Assembly (NCBI GenBank): GCA_964443875.1
Contig: CAYUET010000010.1
Span: 11,046 to 75,045, forward strand
Origin: an uncultured bacterium
Lineage (GTDB): Bacteria > Auribacterota > JAFGBW01
DNA length: 64,000 nt
Direction of reading: 5' to 3'
Shown: piece by piece, positions 1 to 8,312 of the stretch
Numbering within the stretch: the stretch's first letter is position 1
Layout of the letters: each line of letters opens with the position of its first letter
The notes under the pieces: generated by a model
Told to the model about the DNA's origin: nothing
The model's database searches: none
Seen by the model: the letters and a program-made list of their open reading frames with translations, nothing else
Program-made: the position numbers and the translations under genes

Positions 1-180
1 ATACCCTTCTGTGGTTTTGGGGGTGATGACAATCTGAATGTTTTTAAGGGAGGTCCCGTCGTTGAGTTCAATAAAAGAAAAATCCTTGTAATCCCTTTTG
101 GTCCGGACCCAGCCTTTAACCACGATGCCCGCGATCTCGGAGGGGGATTCTAAAGCGTCTTTGATCAGAGTTCTTTTCAT
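1..180 (-). CDS. asnS: Asparaginyl-tRNA synthetase, N-terminal fragment (gene continues beyond window start)
   Basis: Not in the ORF track. Reverse-strand ATG at 180-178 reads MKRTLIKDALESPSEIAGIVVKGWVRTKRDYKDFSFIELNDGTSLKNIQIVITPKTTEGY. GWVRTKRD..FSFIELNDG is the OB-fold N-terminal signature of class IIb Asn/Asp-tRNA synthetases, and AsnRS is the best fit. Confidence 0.6.
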   Translation of the reverse strand, partial: MKRTLIKDALESPSEIAGIVVKGWVRTKRDYKDFSFIELNDGTSLKNIQIVITPKTTEGY

Positions 181-278
181 TTCATGCTCCTGCATTTGTT
201 CTGAAACAATTTAAGATGAAGCATTGTATTCATTACAGAGAATTCATTAAAGAAAATTTTGAAACAAATCGGAAAGAA

Positions 279-902
279 TTAAAGCCCGACAGTATTGGGG
301 AGGGCATAGCCCTTTTTGCAGGACAGGTGTTCATAATGCCACCATTCGCGGGTATGTCCCCTAAAGCCTTGCTTTTGCATTTCGGTAAATAAAAGATAGC
401 GAGCGATCCGCATTTCCCTGTCTCCCCCTGAAAAAAAAATAGAGGCTCTTTCAGACATCTCATCATAGGGGCAGGGCATTAGGACTTCCCTGTTTTCCCG
501 AATATTCCAAAGGCCTGTATCCACTGCAGCCCCGCAGTTGTGGGAGGAAATGAGTTTATAGGGATTGGTTAAAAAAGGCTTTTCTGTTTCAGAGGCGGAG
601 TCCCAGAAAAGTTTTGAAATTTCCAGAGGGCGATATCCATCATAGAGAAGAAGGCTGTAGCCTTTGTTTAAAAGGGAAGACTGAACCCGGGCCAAAGCCT
701 CTGCAAGAGGCTTCTGGACATAGACCCTTGCTTTTTTGTAAACCGGTTTTTTTAGAAAATTATCCGCGGTTGCATAACGGACATCCACATGAATAGACGG
801 AATGAATTCCTGGAGATCCACAAGCAAGGGGGCTTCTTCTGCAGGACAAAAAAGGATTCCCTTGAGAAGAAACAAGGCCAGTGCTGTCATTTTTAAATTC
901 AT
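279..902 (-). CDS. ddpX: D-alanyl-D-alanine dipeptidase (VanX/DdpX family) with N-terminal signal-like segment
   Basis: VDVRYATADNFLKKPVY, LLLYDGYRP, SSHNCGAAVD and EWWHYE motifs are typical of the VanX/DdpX zinc dipeptidase. I prefer the internal start MNLKMTALALFLLKGILFCPA (ATG at 902) over the track start at 968. Confidence 0.75.
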   Translation of the reverse strand: MNLKMTALALFLLKGILFCPAEEAPLLVDLQEFIPSIHVDVRYATADNFLKKPVYKKARVYVQKPLAEALARVQSSLLNKGYSLLLYDGYRPLEISKLFWDSASETEKPFLTNPYKLISSHNCGAAVDTGLWNIRENREVLMPCPYDEMSERASIFFSGGDREMRIARYLLFTEMQKQGFRGHTREWWHYEHLSCKKGYALPNTVGL

Positions 903-931
903 GGCTGATATATAAAAGAAATACGGCAGGG

Positions 932-2104
932 ATGGCAAGGGTAGAGAAATGGAGATTGAAAGGCTCATCTGTTTTTAGTATCTCTGTGAGTGAATTTAAA
1001 AATTTTCGGGAAGGAAGGGTTTTGAGAACAGCAGACTTAACGAAGTGCGCAAATGATCTTGAGTATTGTGAAACGATTCTGCCCCTGGTCTCCAGGACTT
1101 TTGCAATCAATATCCGTTTTTTGAAAAGCGGGCCGCAAGCCCTTTATCAGGCTGTTTTGTGCGGTTATCTGTTTTGCCGGATCATTGATACCCTTGAGGA
1201 TTCCTCGGCTCTTTCCTTTGAGGAAAAAATAAGGCTTCTGGATTTATGGCAGATCTTTTTCCCTTTCAAGGGGGACTGGGAGAAAAATTTATCCTCCCTT
1301 ATTGAGGCTTTTGATCCCTCAAAAAAACATACCCGGAATACCTTTGAAAATGAACTGATCCAAAACAGTCTTCGTGTTTTTTCTGTTTTTAAATCCCTGG
1401 GAAAGGAAGTCCATGATCGTGTCGCCCCCTGGGTTAATGAAATGGCCCATGGTATGGGGGAATATCAGAAAAGGGGGATTGCGGCCTCGTCTTTTCCGAT
1501 TACGCTCAGGGATGTCAAAGACCTGGAACAATACTGCTACTATGTGGCAGGGACTGTCGGCCTCATGCTGAGAGACCTTTTTTTCCTGTTTCATCCCGCC
1601 ATTTCCGAAGCTTCCAAAGCCCTGATGAATGAGAATGCGGTTCGCTTTGGCCTTGGACTTCAGATGACTAATATCATCAAGGATTTTTATGATGACGGCG
1701 AAAGAGAATGGTGTTTCATCCCGCAGGATCTCTTGTCCTCTGAAGGGCTGACTGCAAATGATTTTTTAAAACCTGAGAATGCCTTGAAGGCAGGCCGTGT
1801 ACTTCTGAAACTGGTCAGGGAAGCCAAAGGTCATCTTGAAAAGGCTCTTGTCTTTTCCAATGCCCTGCCCGGAAGGGAAAAACATTTAAGGCTTTTCTGC
1901 CTTATCCCCATGCATTTTGCCGCTGAAACCCTTGAATCCGCCAGGCAGTGGGCTCTTGATCCGAAGCCTGTGAAGATAAAAATTACCCGGACACAAGTGA
2001 TGCGGACTTTGTTTTTAACCCGACTGACCTATTTTTTGAATTTTTTTCAAAGAGGATTTTTTAAATATCTGACCTTAAAAGTGGAGAAGCATGCCCATGA
2101 GTAA
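932..2104 (+). CDS. Squalene synthase / phytoene synthase family (trans-isoprenyl diphosphate synthase, head-to-head)
   Basis: LPLVSRTFAINIRFL, DTLEDS, YCYYVAGTVGLML and QMTNIIKDFYDD match the SQS/PSY motifs, including both Asp-rich boxes. The start is uncertain: the track gives 881, ATG 932 avoids overlap with the divergent ddpX, and later GTG/TTG starts are possible. Confidence 0.7.
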   Translation: MARVEKWRLKGSSVFSISVSEFKNFREGRVLRTADLTKCANDLEYCETILPLVSRTFAINIRFLKSGPQALYQAVLCGYLFCRIIDTLEDSSALSFEEKIRLLDLWQIFFPFKGDWEKNLSSLIEAFDPSKKHTRNTFENELIQNSLRVFSVFKSLGKEVHDRVAPWVNEMAHGMGEYQKRGIAASSFPITLRDVKDLEQYCYYVAGTVGLMLRDLFFLFHPAISEASKALMNENAVRFGLGLQMTNIIKDFYDDGEREWCFIPQDLLSSEGLTANDFLKPENALKAGRVLLKLVREAKGHLEKALVFSNALPGREKHLRLFCLIPMHFAAETLESARQWALDPKPVKIKITRTQVMRTLFLTRLTYFLNFFQRGFFKYLTLKVEKHAHE

Positions 2105-2888
2105 AAATAAAAAGAAAATTATCCCTTCCGTATTGGTGATTTCCGGCTTTGATCCTTCCGGGCATGCGGGCTATGCTTCCGATATCCGTGTTGCGGCCGC
2201 GCTTGGGGCTCATCCTGTCGGGGCTATCTCGGCCTTGACCAGCCAGGTTCCAGGTAAAATGAATCATGCGGAGGCGGTTTCCCCCGCTCTTCTCAAAAAA
2301 CAACTGGATCTTTTATTGGAGAACTACGACATTAAAGCCGTCAAAATCGGCATGCTTTATGACTCTTCTCTTTTTTCAACAGTGGCTTCTGCGCTCAAAA
2401 AGCTTTCCGTGCCTGTGGTCATTGACCCCCTGCTGAATGCTACGGCCGGGCCAAGCCTTTTGAAAAAAGAAGCCTTTCAGAGCTATTGCCGGAATATTTT
2501 ACCCAAGGCGGATCTTATCACGCCCAATATTCCCGAAGCGATGCTTCTGTGCGGAATCAAAAAGGACCTGCCCGTGGAAGAACTCCTGGCAAGACTCTAT
2601 GCGGTTTATCCCTCAAGGATTCTGCTGAAAGGGGGGCACGGGAAAGACAGGAGCAAGGTGTTTGATTATTATTTTGACGGGGCAAAGATGTGTGCCTGGG
2701 CCAGAAAGAAGATGGGGAATCTGGATACTCACGGAAGCGGGTGCATGCTTTCCTCAGCGGTTGCAAGTTTCATGGCTTTTGGACTGGACTGGGTTGAAGC
2801 GATTCAGTCAGCTGAGGAATATATGAACCAGGCTTTTTTAAAACCTCTTATCCTCAGACAGGGAACCTTTCTTTCTCATCCTGTTTGA
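2091..2888 (+). CDS. thiD: Hydroxymethylpyrimidine/phosphomethylpyrimidine kinase
   Basis: VLVISGFDPSGHAG, VKIGML and THGSGCMLSSAVA are ThiD/PfkB-like motifs. The gene overlaps the upstream stop by 14 nt. Confidence 0.85.
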   Translation: MPMSKNKKKIIPSVLVISGFDPSGHAGYASDIRVAAALGAHPVGAISALTSQVPGKMNHAEAVSPALLKKQLDLLLENYDIKAVKIGMLYDSSLFSTVASALKKLSVPVVIDPLLNATAGPSLLKKEAFQSYCRNILPKADLITPNIPEAMLLCGIKKDLPVEELLARLYAVYPSRILLKGGHGKDRSKVFDYYFDGAKMCAWARKKMGNLDTHGSGCMLSSAVASFMAFGLDWVEAIQSAEEYMNQAFLKPLILRQGTFLSHPV

Positions 2889-3008
2889 TCTCATAGGGTT
2901 TAATTCCTCGCAGTGAGTTTTGGGCAGTTCATTTTTTGATCTTTTTTCAGGAAAAAATCAGGGTTAAAAAGGACTAGACCTTCATTTCATTTATGGTATA
3001 GTGCGGGG

Positions 3009-3114
3009 GACATCAACCGGGTCCTATGCGATGGATTCCTGCGAACCCCGCCAGGTCCGAAAGGAAGCAACGGCAGCAGAAGGTCCAGGCGCCGTAGTCA
3101 ACCTGGTTGATGTC
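3009..3114 (+). ncRNA. ffs: Signal recognition particle RNA (small/4.5S type)
   Basis: CCAGGTCCGAAAGGAAGCAACGG matches the conserved SRP domain IV core (E. coli AGGUCCGGAAGGAAGCAGCC). A closing helix pairs GACATCAACCGGGT (3009-) with AACCTGGTTGATGTC (-3114). The position just upstream of dnaX is the classical synteny. Confidence 0.8.
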
Positions 3115-3157
3115 ATTTGTTTAATTAAGAACCAAAACTTCGATATAAAAAAGGCTC

Positions 3158-4819
3158 ATGAGCTACCAGGTATTGGCCAGAAAATCACGTCCGGCGCTTT
3201 TCAGCGAAGTCATCGGACAGGAGCATATCACCCAGACCCTTAAGAATGCCATCAAAGGGGGACGCATAGCGCATGCCTATCTTTTTTCAGGCCCGAGGGG
3301 GGTTGGAAAAACCACGACTGCAAGACTTTTAGCCAAGGCTCTCAACTGCGCGGAAGGCCCCACGGATTCCCCCTGCGGCACCTGCCATGACTGCCGTGAA
3401 ATCGCTGAAGGAAGTTCGCTGGATGTGATTGAAGTGGACGGGGCCTCCAACAACGGGGTGGAACAGGCACGCTCCCTTTTAGAAACCATCAAATACAATC
3501 CCTCCCCTGAAAAATATAAAGTCTATATCATTGATGAAGTGCACATGCTCACTATTCAGGCCTTTAATGCGCTTTTAAAAAATCTTGAGGAACCTCCGCC
3601 GCGCGTTGTATTTATTTTTGCCACCACAGAGCTCCACAAGGTGCCTGAAACCATCCAGTCGCGCTGTCAGCAGTTTATTTTTAACCTGATTCCCCAGGAG
3701 ATCATTTCCGGCAAGCTTAAAAAACTGGTTGAAAAGGAATCCTTCAAGGCCGAAGAGGCTGTTTTCCCAGTCATTGCAAGGGCTTCCGGGGGAAGCATGA
3801 GGGATGCCGAGACCATTCTGGAAAAAGTCATGACTTTTTGCGGCGGCGAGCTCACCGCAGAGAAAGTTCTTTCTTCCCTGGGTCTGGTTTCGAGGGATCT
3901 TTTTTTTGACCTTTGTGTGGCTATTCTGGAAGAGCGTACCCAGAGCTGTTTTCAGATTGTTGAAAAAGTGGTGAAGGAAGGCCGCAACCTTGAGAAATTC
4001 ATCCGGGATGCCATTGACTTTTTCAGAAATCTGCTTTTTATTCACATTGCCCCCGAAACCCTCTCCCTGATGCCTCTTTCCGGGGAGGAGAAAAACAAGC
4101 TCACCCCCTTGGCCCCCCGCTTCAGTGAATCCCAGCTCCTGTTTATTCTTGAAATTTTATGCGATCTGGAAACGCAGATCCGCTCTTCATTTTCTCCTGT
4201 TGTGCTCGTGGAAATCGCCTTTGTCAAACTCAGTCATTCCCGGAATGTTCTGCCCATTCCCACCCTCATCAGAAAGCTTGATGAAATGGAAGAACGCTTA
4301 AAAAAAAACTCTAAAAGAGATCTGACGGCCCCTTCCCCAGACCTGAAGGAAACGGTCCCGGATCCCGCAAAGACCTCTCCGGAACAGCCTCTGGAAAAAA
4401 AATGGCCTGAGTTTCTAAGACATCTGGAAAAGAAAAATCTGATTTTGAAAAATCAGCTCACAGGGGCGGTTTTCTGTTCCTCTTCCAATCCTTCCGAGAT
4501 TGTCCTTCAATATCCGGAATCTTTTTTTTTCAAGGCCAAGAGCCTTCAGGATGCTCAGCTTAAACACAATTTGTCCAAAGAGATTACTCTTTTTTTTGGG
4601 CGTCATTATTCCCTTCAGATACAAGTGGACCCGGCCTCTTCCCTGCCCGAGGAAGAGCCTCCTCAGCCCCCTAAAACGGAAACCCCGCCCCCTCTTATAA
4701 TCCCCGGGCTTAAGCCGAACAGGGATCAGAATCCCTTCGTGCTCAAGGCTGTTGAAGTGCTGGGCGGAGAAATTGTAGATGTACGTCAGAGAAAAATCAA
4801 AGGAGAAAAAAATCCATGA
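3158..4819 (+). CDS. dnaX: DNA polymerase III subunit gamma/tau
   Basis: The clamp-loader AAA+ motifs GPRGVGKTT, IIDEVHML and SRCQ are present, as is the Zn module CGTCHDC. Confidence 0.95.
   Translation: MSYQVLARKSRPALFSEVIGQEHITQTLKNAIKGGRIAHAYLFSGPRGVGKTTTARLLAKALNCAEGPTDSPCGTCHDCREIAEGSSLDVIEVDGASNNGVEQARSLLETIKYNPSPEKYKVYIIDEVHMLTIQAFNALLKNLEEPPPRVVFIFATTELHKVPETIQSRCQQFIFNLIPQEIISGKLKKLVEKESFKAEEAVFPVIARASGGSMRDAETILEKVMTFCGGELTAEKVLSSLGLVSRDLFFDLCVAILEERTQSCFQIVEKVVKEGRNLEKFIRDAIDFFRNLLFIHIAPETLSLMPLSGEEKNKLTPLAPRFSESQLLFILEILCDLETQIRSSFSPVVLVEIAFVKLSHSRNVLPIPTLIRKLDEMEERLKKNSKRDLTAPSPDLKETVPDPAKTSPEQPLEKKWPEFLRHLEKKNLILKNQLTGAVFCSSSNPSEIVLQYPESFFFKAKSLQDAQLKHNLSKEITLFFGRHYSLQIQVDPASSLPEEEPPQPPKTETPPPLIIPGLKPNRDQNPFVLKAVEVLGGEIVDVRQRKIKGEKNP
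4300..4308 (+). other. A9 homopolymer inside dnaX; candidate frameshift or transcriptional-slippage site giving the gamma subunit
   Basis: The sequence is TTA AAA AAA AAC at codons 381-384. The -1 frame reads AAA CTC TAA. The +1 frame reads ACT CTA AAA GAG ATC TGA. Confidence 0.4.
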
Positions 4820-5133
4820 ACAATATGCAGAAATTTTTAAAACAAGCCAAAAAAATGCAGGACAAGATGCAGGATGTGGAAAAGGAAATTGCCGATTCAG
4901 TGATTGAAGTCGAAGCTGCCGGAGGCGCGATCGTCATTAATATCTGCGGAGACGGCATGCTTCATTCCATCAAAATCAATCCTGACATTGTGGATAAAAA
5001 TGATGTGGAAGGACTCGAAGATCTGGTGCTTACAGCCGTGAATTCCGCAATCAGGGAAGCCAAGGATTATTCAGATGAAAAAACAAAGGAAGTGACGGGA
5101 GATCTTAAGATGCCCGGAGGTCTTTCTTTTTAA
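4816..5133 (+). CDS. ybaB: Nucleoid-associated protein YbaB/EbfC
   Basis: The 105 aa product and the sequence QKFLKQAKKMQDKMQ...AGGGAIVI are typical of the family. It has an ATGA overlap with the dnaX stop and sits in the dnaX-ybaB-recR synteny. Confidence 0.9.
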   Translation: MNNMQKFLKQAKKMQDKMQDVEKEIADSVIEVEAAGGAIVINICGDGMLHSIKINPDIVDKNDVEGLEDLVLTAVNSAIREAKDYSDEKTKEVTGDLKMPGGLSF

Positions 5134-5147
5134 GGAAGAGGAAAATC

Positions 5148-5741
5148 ATGCTGCCCGCCATTGAGGAGTTGAAAGAACTGATTTCTTCCCTGCCCGGGAT
5201 CGGACCCAGGTCCGCGCTGAAGCTTGCCTTGTTTTTGATTGAGCTTCCGGCGATCGAAAAACAACGCCTGTTTGAAAATCTTGTAAAGGCGGTGAACCGT
5301 GTTTCTCACTGCAGTCTCTGCCATGCGTATGCGGAAAAAGACCCCTGTTTCCGATGCCAGACCCCTTATTCGGAAGAAGGCTTGCTGTGTGTGGTTGAAA
5401 CCGCAGCTGAGATTTTTGCACTGGAGGCCCATCTTCCCAGGGGGAGCCGTTTTCATGTGCTTGGCGGGAAGCTTTCCCCCTTAAACGGGGTATCCCCGAA
5501 GGACCTCACCCTGGATCTTCTCATGAAACGGGTTTCTACAGAGGAAGGGGTTAAAGAAGTGCTTCTGGCCATGGGGCCGGATGTAGAAGGGGAGGCCACA
5601 GCGGGTTATGTTCAGGCCATGCTGAAAGACTGCGGGCGAAAGATCAGCCGTATGGCTTTCGGCGTTTCTGTCGGAAGCAGCCTGTTATCCTCGGATGAAC
5701 GCTCTATTCAAAAGTCGATCGCAGCCCGAATATCTTATTGA
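5148..5741 (+). CDS. recR: Recombination protein RecR
   Basis: The HhH motif LPGIGPRSA, a C4 zinc finger (CSLCHAY..CFRC) and a Toprim region are all present. Confidence 0.95.
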   Translation: MLPAIEELKELISSLPGIGPRSALKLALFLIELPAIEKQRLFENLVKAVNRVSHCSLCHAYAEKDPCFRCQTPYSEEGLLCVVETAAEIFALEAHLPRGSRFHVLGGKLSPLNGVSPKDLTLDLLMKRVSTEEGVKEVLLAMGPDVEGEATAGYVQAMLKDCGRKISRMAFGVSVGSSLLSSDERSIQKSIAARISY

Positions 5742-6423
5742 TTTTTTCCTTATCCATAGCCGTTCTTACAGGATTCCCCTGTTTGTCTCTGGAAAGAATA
5801 ATCCGCGGGATCAATTCCCCGTTGATTTCAATCACGGGTAAAGACAGGTGGTATTTTTGATTGATGTCCAGTCCCATTTTGATCTTGAGTTGAGAGGCGT
5901 ATTCAGGATTGGCCACAACGTCGAGGAGGGTATAGGGCATGTTGTACATATCAAAATAGTTTTTGGTTTCCAAAAGCTCCTCGTTTCCCTGATAGGTATA
6001 AATCATGATCTGGTAATTGAGGGCCTTTAAATGTTCAGGGGGCGGAGTCTTTTCAATTTTTTTCAGCATGGCCCCTTCCTCCTCCTTGCTCATCAGCTCC
6101 AGGCTTCCGCCGATTTTATCAGAATTGACTTTCTGTACTTTTGAACGAAAATCCGGGGGAACCTGCTCCAGGGAATCGGCATAATGTTCGACCCCGTCCA
6201 TGTCTTTCCAGGTGTAAAAGGTCTGATTCTTCGTCATGACTTCATCCAGGGATTTTTTCTGTATTTTTCTCCCAAGGGCCTTTTCCATATAAGACTGCAG
6301 ATTTAAGGCTAAAACCCCCTTATCCAATTCCTGTTTAATGGACTCGGGCCCATACCTATAAAGGCCGCCGACTGAGAGAAGAACAAAAAGCAGCAGAAGG
6401 ACTGAAATTTTCAGAGTTTTCAT
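5704..6423 (-). CDS. Membrane-anchored hypothetical protein with a DUF4124-like segment and a degenerate glutaredoxin-like C-terminus
   Basis: Preferred start is MKTLKISVLLLLFVLL (ATG 6423). FYTWKDMDGVEHYADS resembles DUF4124. The C-terminal IMIYTY...LPVIEINGELI has a thioredoxin-fold pattern but no CxxC. The 3' end overlaps recR convergently by 38 nt. Confidence 0.4.
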   Translation of the reverse strand: MKTLKISVLLLLFVLLSVGGLYRYGPESIKQELDKGVLALNLQSYMEKALGRKIQKKSLDEVMTKNQTFYTWKDMDGVEHYADSLEQVPPDFRSKVQKVNSDKIGGSLELMSKEEEGAMLKKIEKTPPPEHLKALNYQIMIYTYQGNEELLETKNYFDMYNMPYTLLDVVANPEYASQLKIKMGLDINQKYHLSLPVIEINGELIPRIILSRDKQGNPVRTAMDKEKINKIFGLRSTFE

Positions 6424-6437
6424 AATCCCCTTTCCGG

Positions 6438-6785
6438 CTAAAAGGTTGTACTGTCCCAACCCCAGAGGTTAGGCCTGGCATCAATAAATTCAATATAGAT
6501 TCGTTTGGGGGAGATGGACAAAAGGGAGGAGATGACCTTGCAGCATTCGGAAGAAAGTTGTTTGCAGTTTTCAGGACTGAGGCCGCCGATGCTTTTTATT
6601 TCAATAAAGGCCGAGGGGGATGATTCTCCGGCAAAGAACATGGCTTCGGCCTCCACAAGCACACTCTGGATATAGGCCAATGGTTTTCCAAGAATCCGTG
6701 CAACTACACTCTGGATGTTTTCCAGCGCGGATTTCTGATGAAGGGGATCTGTTCCTTTGGGGAGAGTTAAGCGTATCATGGGCAT
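6438..6785 (-). CDS. Macrophage migration inhibitory factor (MIF)/tautomerase superfamily protein
   Basis: The start ATG CCC ATG (6785) follows GAGGAG. The N-terminal MPMIRL provides the Pro-1 catalytic residue. SIGG and the C-terminal WGWDSTTF closely parallel eukaryotic MIF (SIGK...VGWNNSTFA). Confidence 0.8.
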   Translation of the reverse strand: MPMIRLTLPKGTDPLHQKSALENIQSVVARILGKPLAYIQSVLVEAEAMFFAGESSPSAFIEIKSIGGLSPENCKQLSSECCKVISSLLSISPKRIYIEFIDARPNLWGWDSTTF

Positions 6786-6855
6786 GGGCAAGGACTCCTC
6801 TTTGATTAGTTTAAACACCTACTGTAAAAAGATTTGAATAAAATTCCAAGTAAAA

Positions 6856-7716
6856 TCATGAGTATTGAGTTTTTACATGCATCCTTTGATTCCGAAGGGT
6901 CACTTCGATGTCCCCCTGAAGATCTGTGCGGTAAAGATGCGAACACCATTTTTCAAGGCGGCGAAGCGCAGTTTCATGGGGGAATCTGAATTTATTTTTT
7001 ACCCCGCATGAAATCACAGCAACTTCAGGCTTCACCATTTTCAGAAAGGCCTGGCTGGAAGAGGTCTTGGAGCCATGATGGGCCACTTTTAAAAAATCAG
7101 ATTTCAATTCTTTTTTTATGTTTTCGCAAAGCCATTGTTCCGCCTCGAAAAAGATATCGCCGGTAAACAGAAAGGAGGAAGGTCCGTGATATATTTTTAT
7201 GACACAGGAATTGTTGTCAATTTCTTTGAAGGGACTTGGATCCGGGGGAGAAAGAACCTTAAGGCTTAAAGGCGGGGTAAATTCGAGAGTAAGGCCGTTT
7301 ACAGCCCTAAGAACGCGGATCGAGGAGTTTTGGAGGATTTTTATGAATTTTTTGTAGAGGTCAGTAGAATGTGCAAAATCCGGCATTAAAAGTGCATCCA
7401 CCGGGATTTTCTGGATGATTTCAAGAATTCCATAGAGATGATCCGCATGGGCGTGGGAAACAACCACGAGCTGAATACGGTCCACATGTCTTCTGCGGAG
7501 GGCCTTCAGAATTTTTCGGGAAGTGTTGTTTTTTTCCTCGCCTCCGTCAATCAGGATCGCCGTATTTTTATACTGGATCAGACTGCAGTCCCCTTGTCCT
7601 GAGTTTATAACCGTGCAGGAAAAGTTGTCCCGAAAACGTAACGTGCGGTAATGGACAAGACATAAAGATAATAAGACTAACAGAATGACACAAAAAATCT
7701 GATTTAGACGATTCAT
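6856..7716 (-). CDS. Metallo-beta-lactamase fold hydrolase, ComEC/Rec2 C-terminal-domain-like, with N-terminal anchor
   Basis: NSGQGDCSLI, VVSHAHADHLYG and KVAHHGSK motifs are present, plus an N-terminal hydrophobic segment. Confidence 0.7.
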   Translation of the reverse strand: MNRLNQIFCVILLVLLSLCLVHYRTLRFRDNFSCTVINSGQGDCSLIQYKNTAILIDGGEEKNNTSRKILKALRRRHVDRIQLVVVSHAHADHLYGILEIIQKIPVDALLMPDFAHSTDLYKKFIKILQNSSIRVLRAVNGLTLEFTPPLSLKVLSPPDPSPFKEIDNNSCVIKIYHGPSSFLFTGDIFFEAEQWLCENIKKELKSDFLKVAHHGSKTSSSQAFLKMVKPEVAVISCGVKNKFRFPHETALRRLEKWCSHLYRTDLQGDIEVTLRNQRMHVKTQYS

Positions 7717-7840
7717 GTGGCTATTTATACAAAACGATGAGGAAAATCAATAAATCTTTGTTGAATAGAAGTTTAAGTTATGATAGGAGTTATATAGAAA
7801 TAGAATCATTTTGAATTATAAAACAGTCGGAGAAGCCGTT

Positions 7841-8125
7841 ATGGATTTACTAGAAAAGTTGTGGACAACAGAATTTATTTATTCCGGAAAAACGATTATC
7901 GCTTTTCTGGTTTTTAATATTCTTTTCATGCTGATGGGACGTTTTCGTTTTTGTTTTATCACTTCCCTGCTTCTGGTCTATTATTCGGTTCTTTTTGAAA
8001 ATCGTGCCCTGTTTGAGAGAATGATTTCCAATTTCGGTGACCTGGGTTTTTTTGCATCAAATATTATTTTTGGTGTTGTGTTTCTGGGATTAGCGGTGTG
8101 GTCTTTTTTTATCGACTCGGATTAA
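7841..8125 (+). CDS. Small integral membrane protein, function unknown
   Basis: Three hydrophobic segments are visible. The track start at 7811 is TTG, and ATG 7841 (MDLLEKL) is an alternative. Confidence 0.35.
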   Translation: MDLLEKLWTTEFIYSGKTIIAFLVFNILFMLMGRFRFCFITSLLLVYYSVLFENRALFERMISNFGDLGFFASNIIFGVVFLGLAVWSFFIDSD

Positions 8126-8312
8126 TTCTTGAAATATGAGAGATCCGGAACTGGTCTCCGGGCTTTTTTGATAAACTTCGCGGCAGCCGCCAATGGATGA
8201 GTGAAGATCCGCCGGCTCTGCGGAAAAAATAAACCGGACAGGATTTGGCTGGTTTTTTTGAAACCCGCAAAGTCAGGTCTTAATAAACAACCCTTAATCA
8301 TAAGGGAAAGAT

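Noticed and set aside
3001-3243. 80 aa ORF upstream of and overlapping the dnaX start.
   Set aside because: The ORF covers the SRP RNA, which has the conserved domain IV core and a closing helix. The RNA gene explains the sequence.
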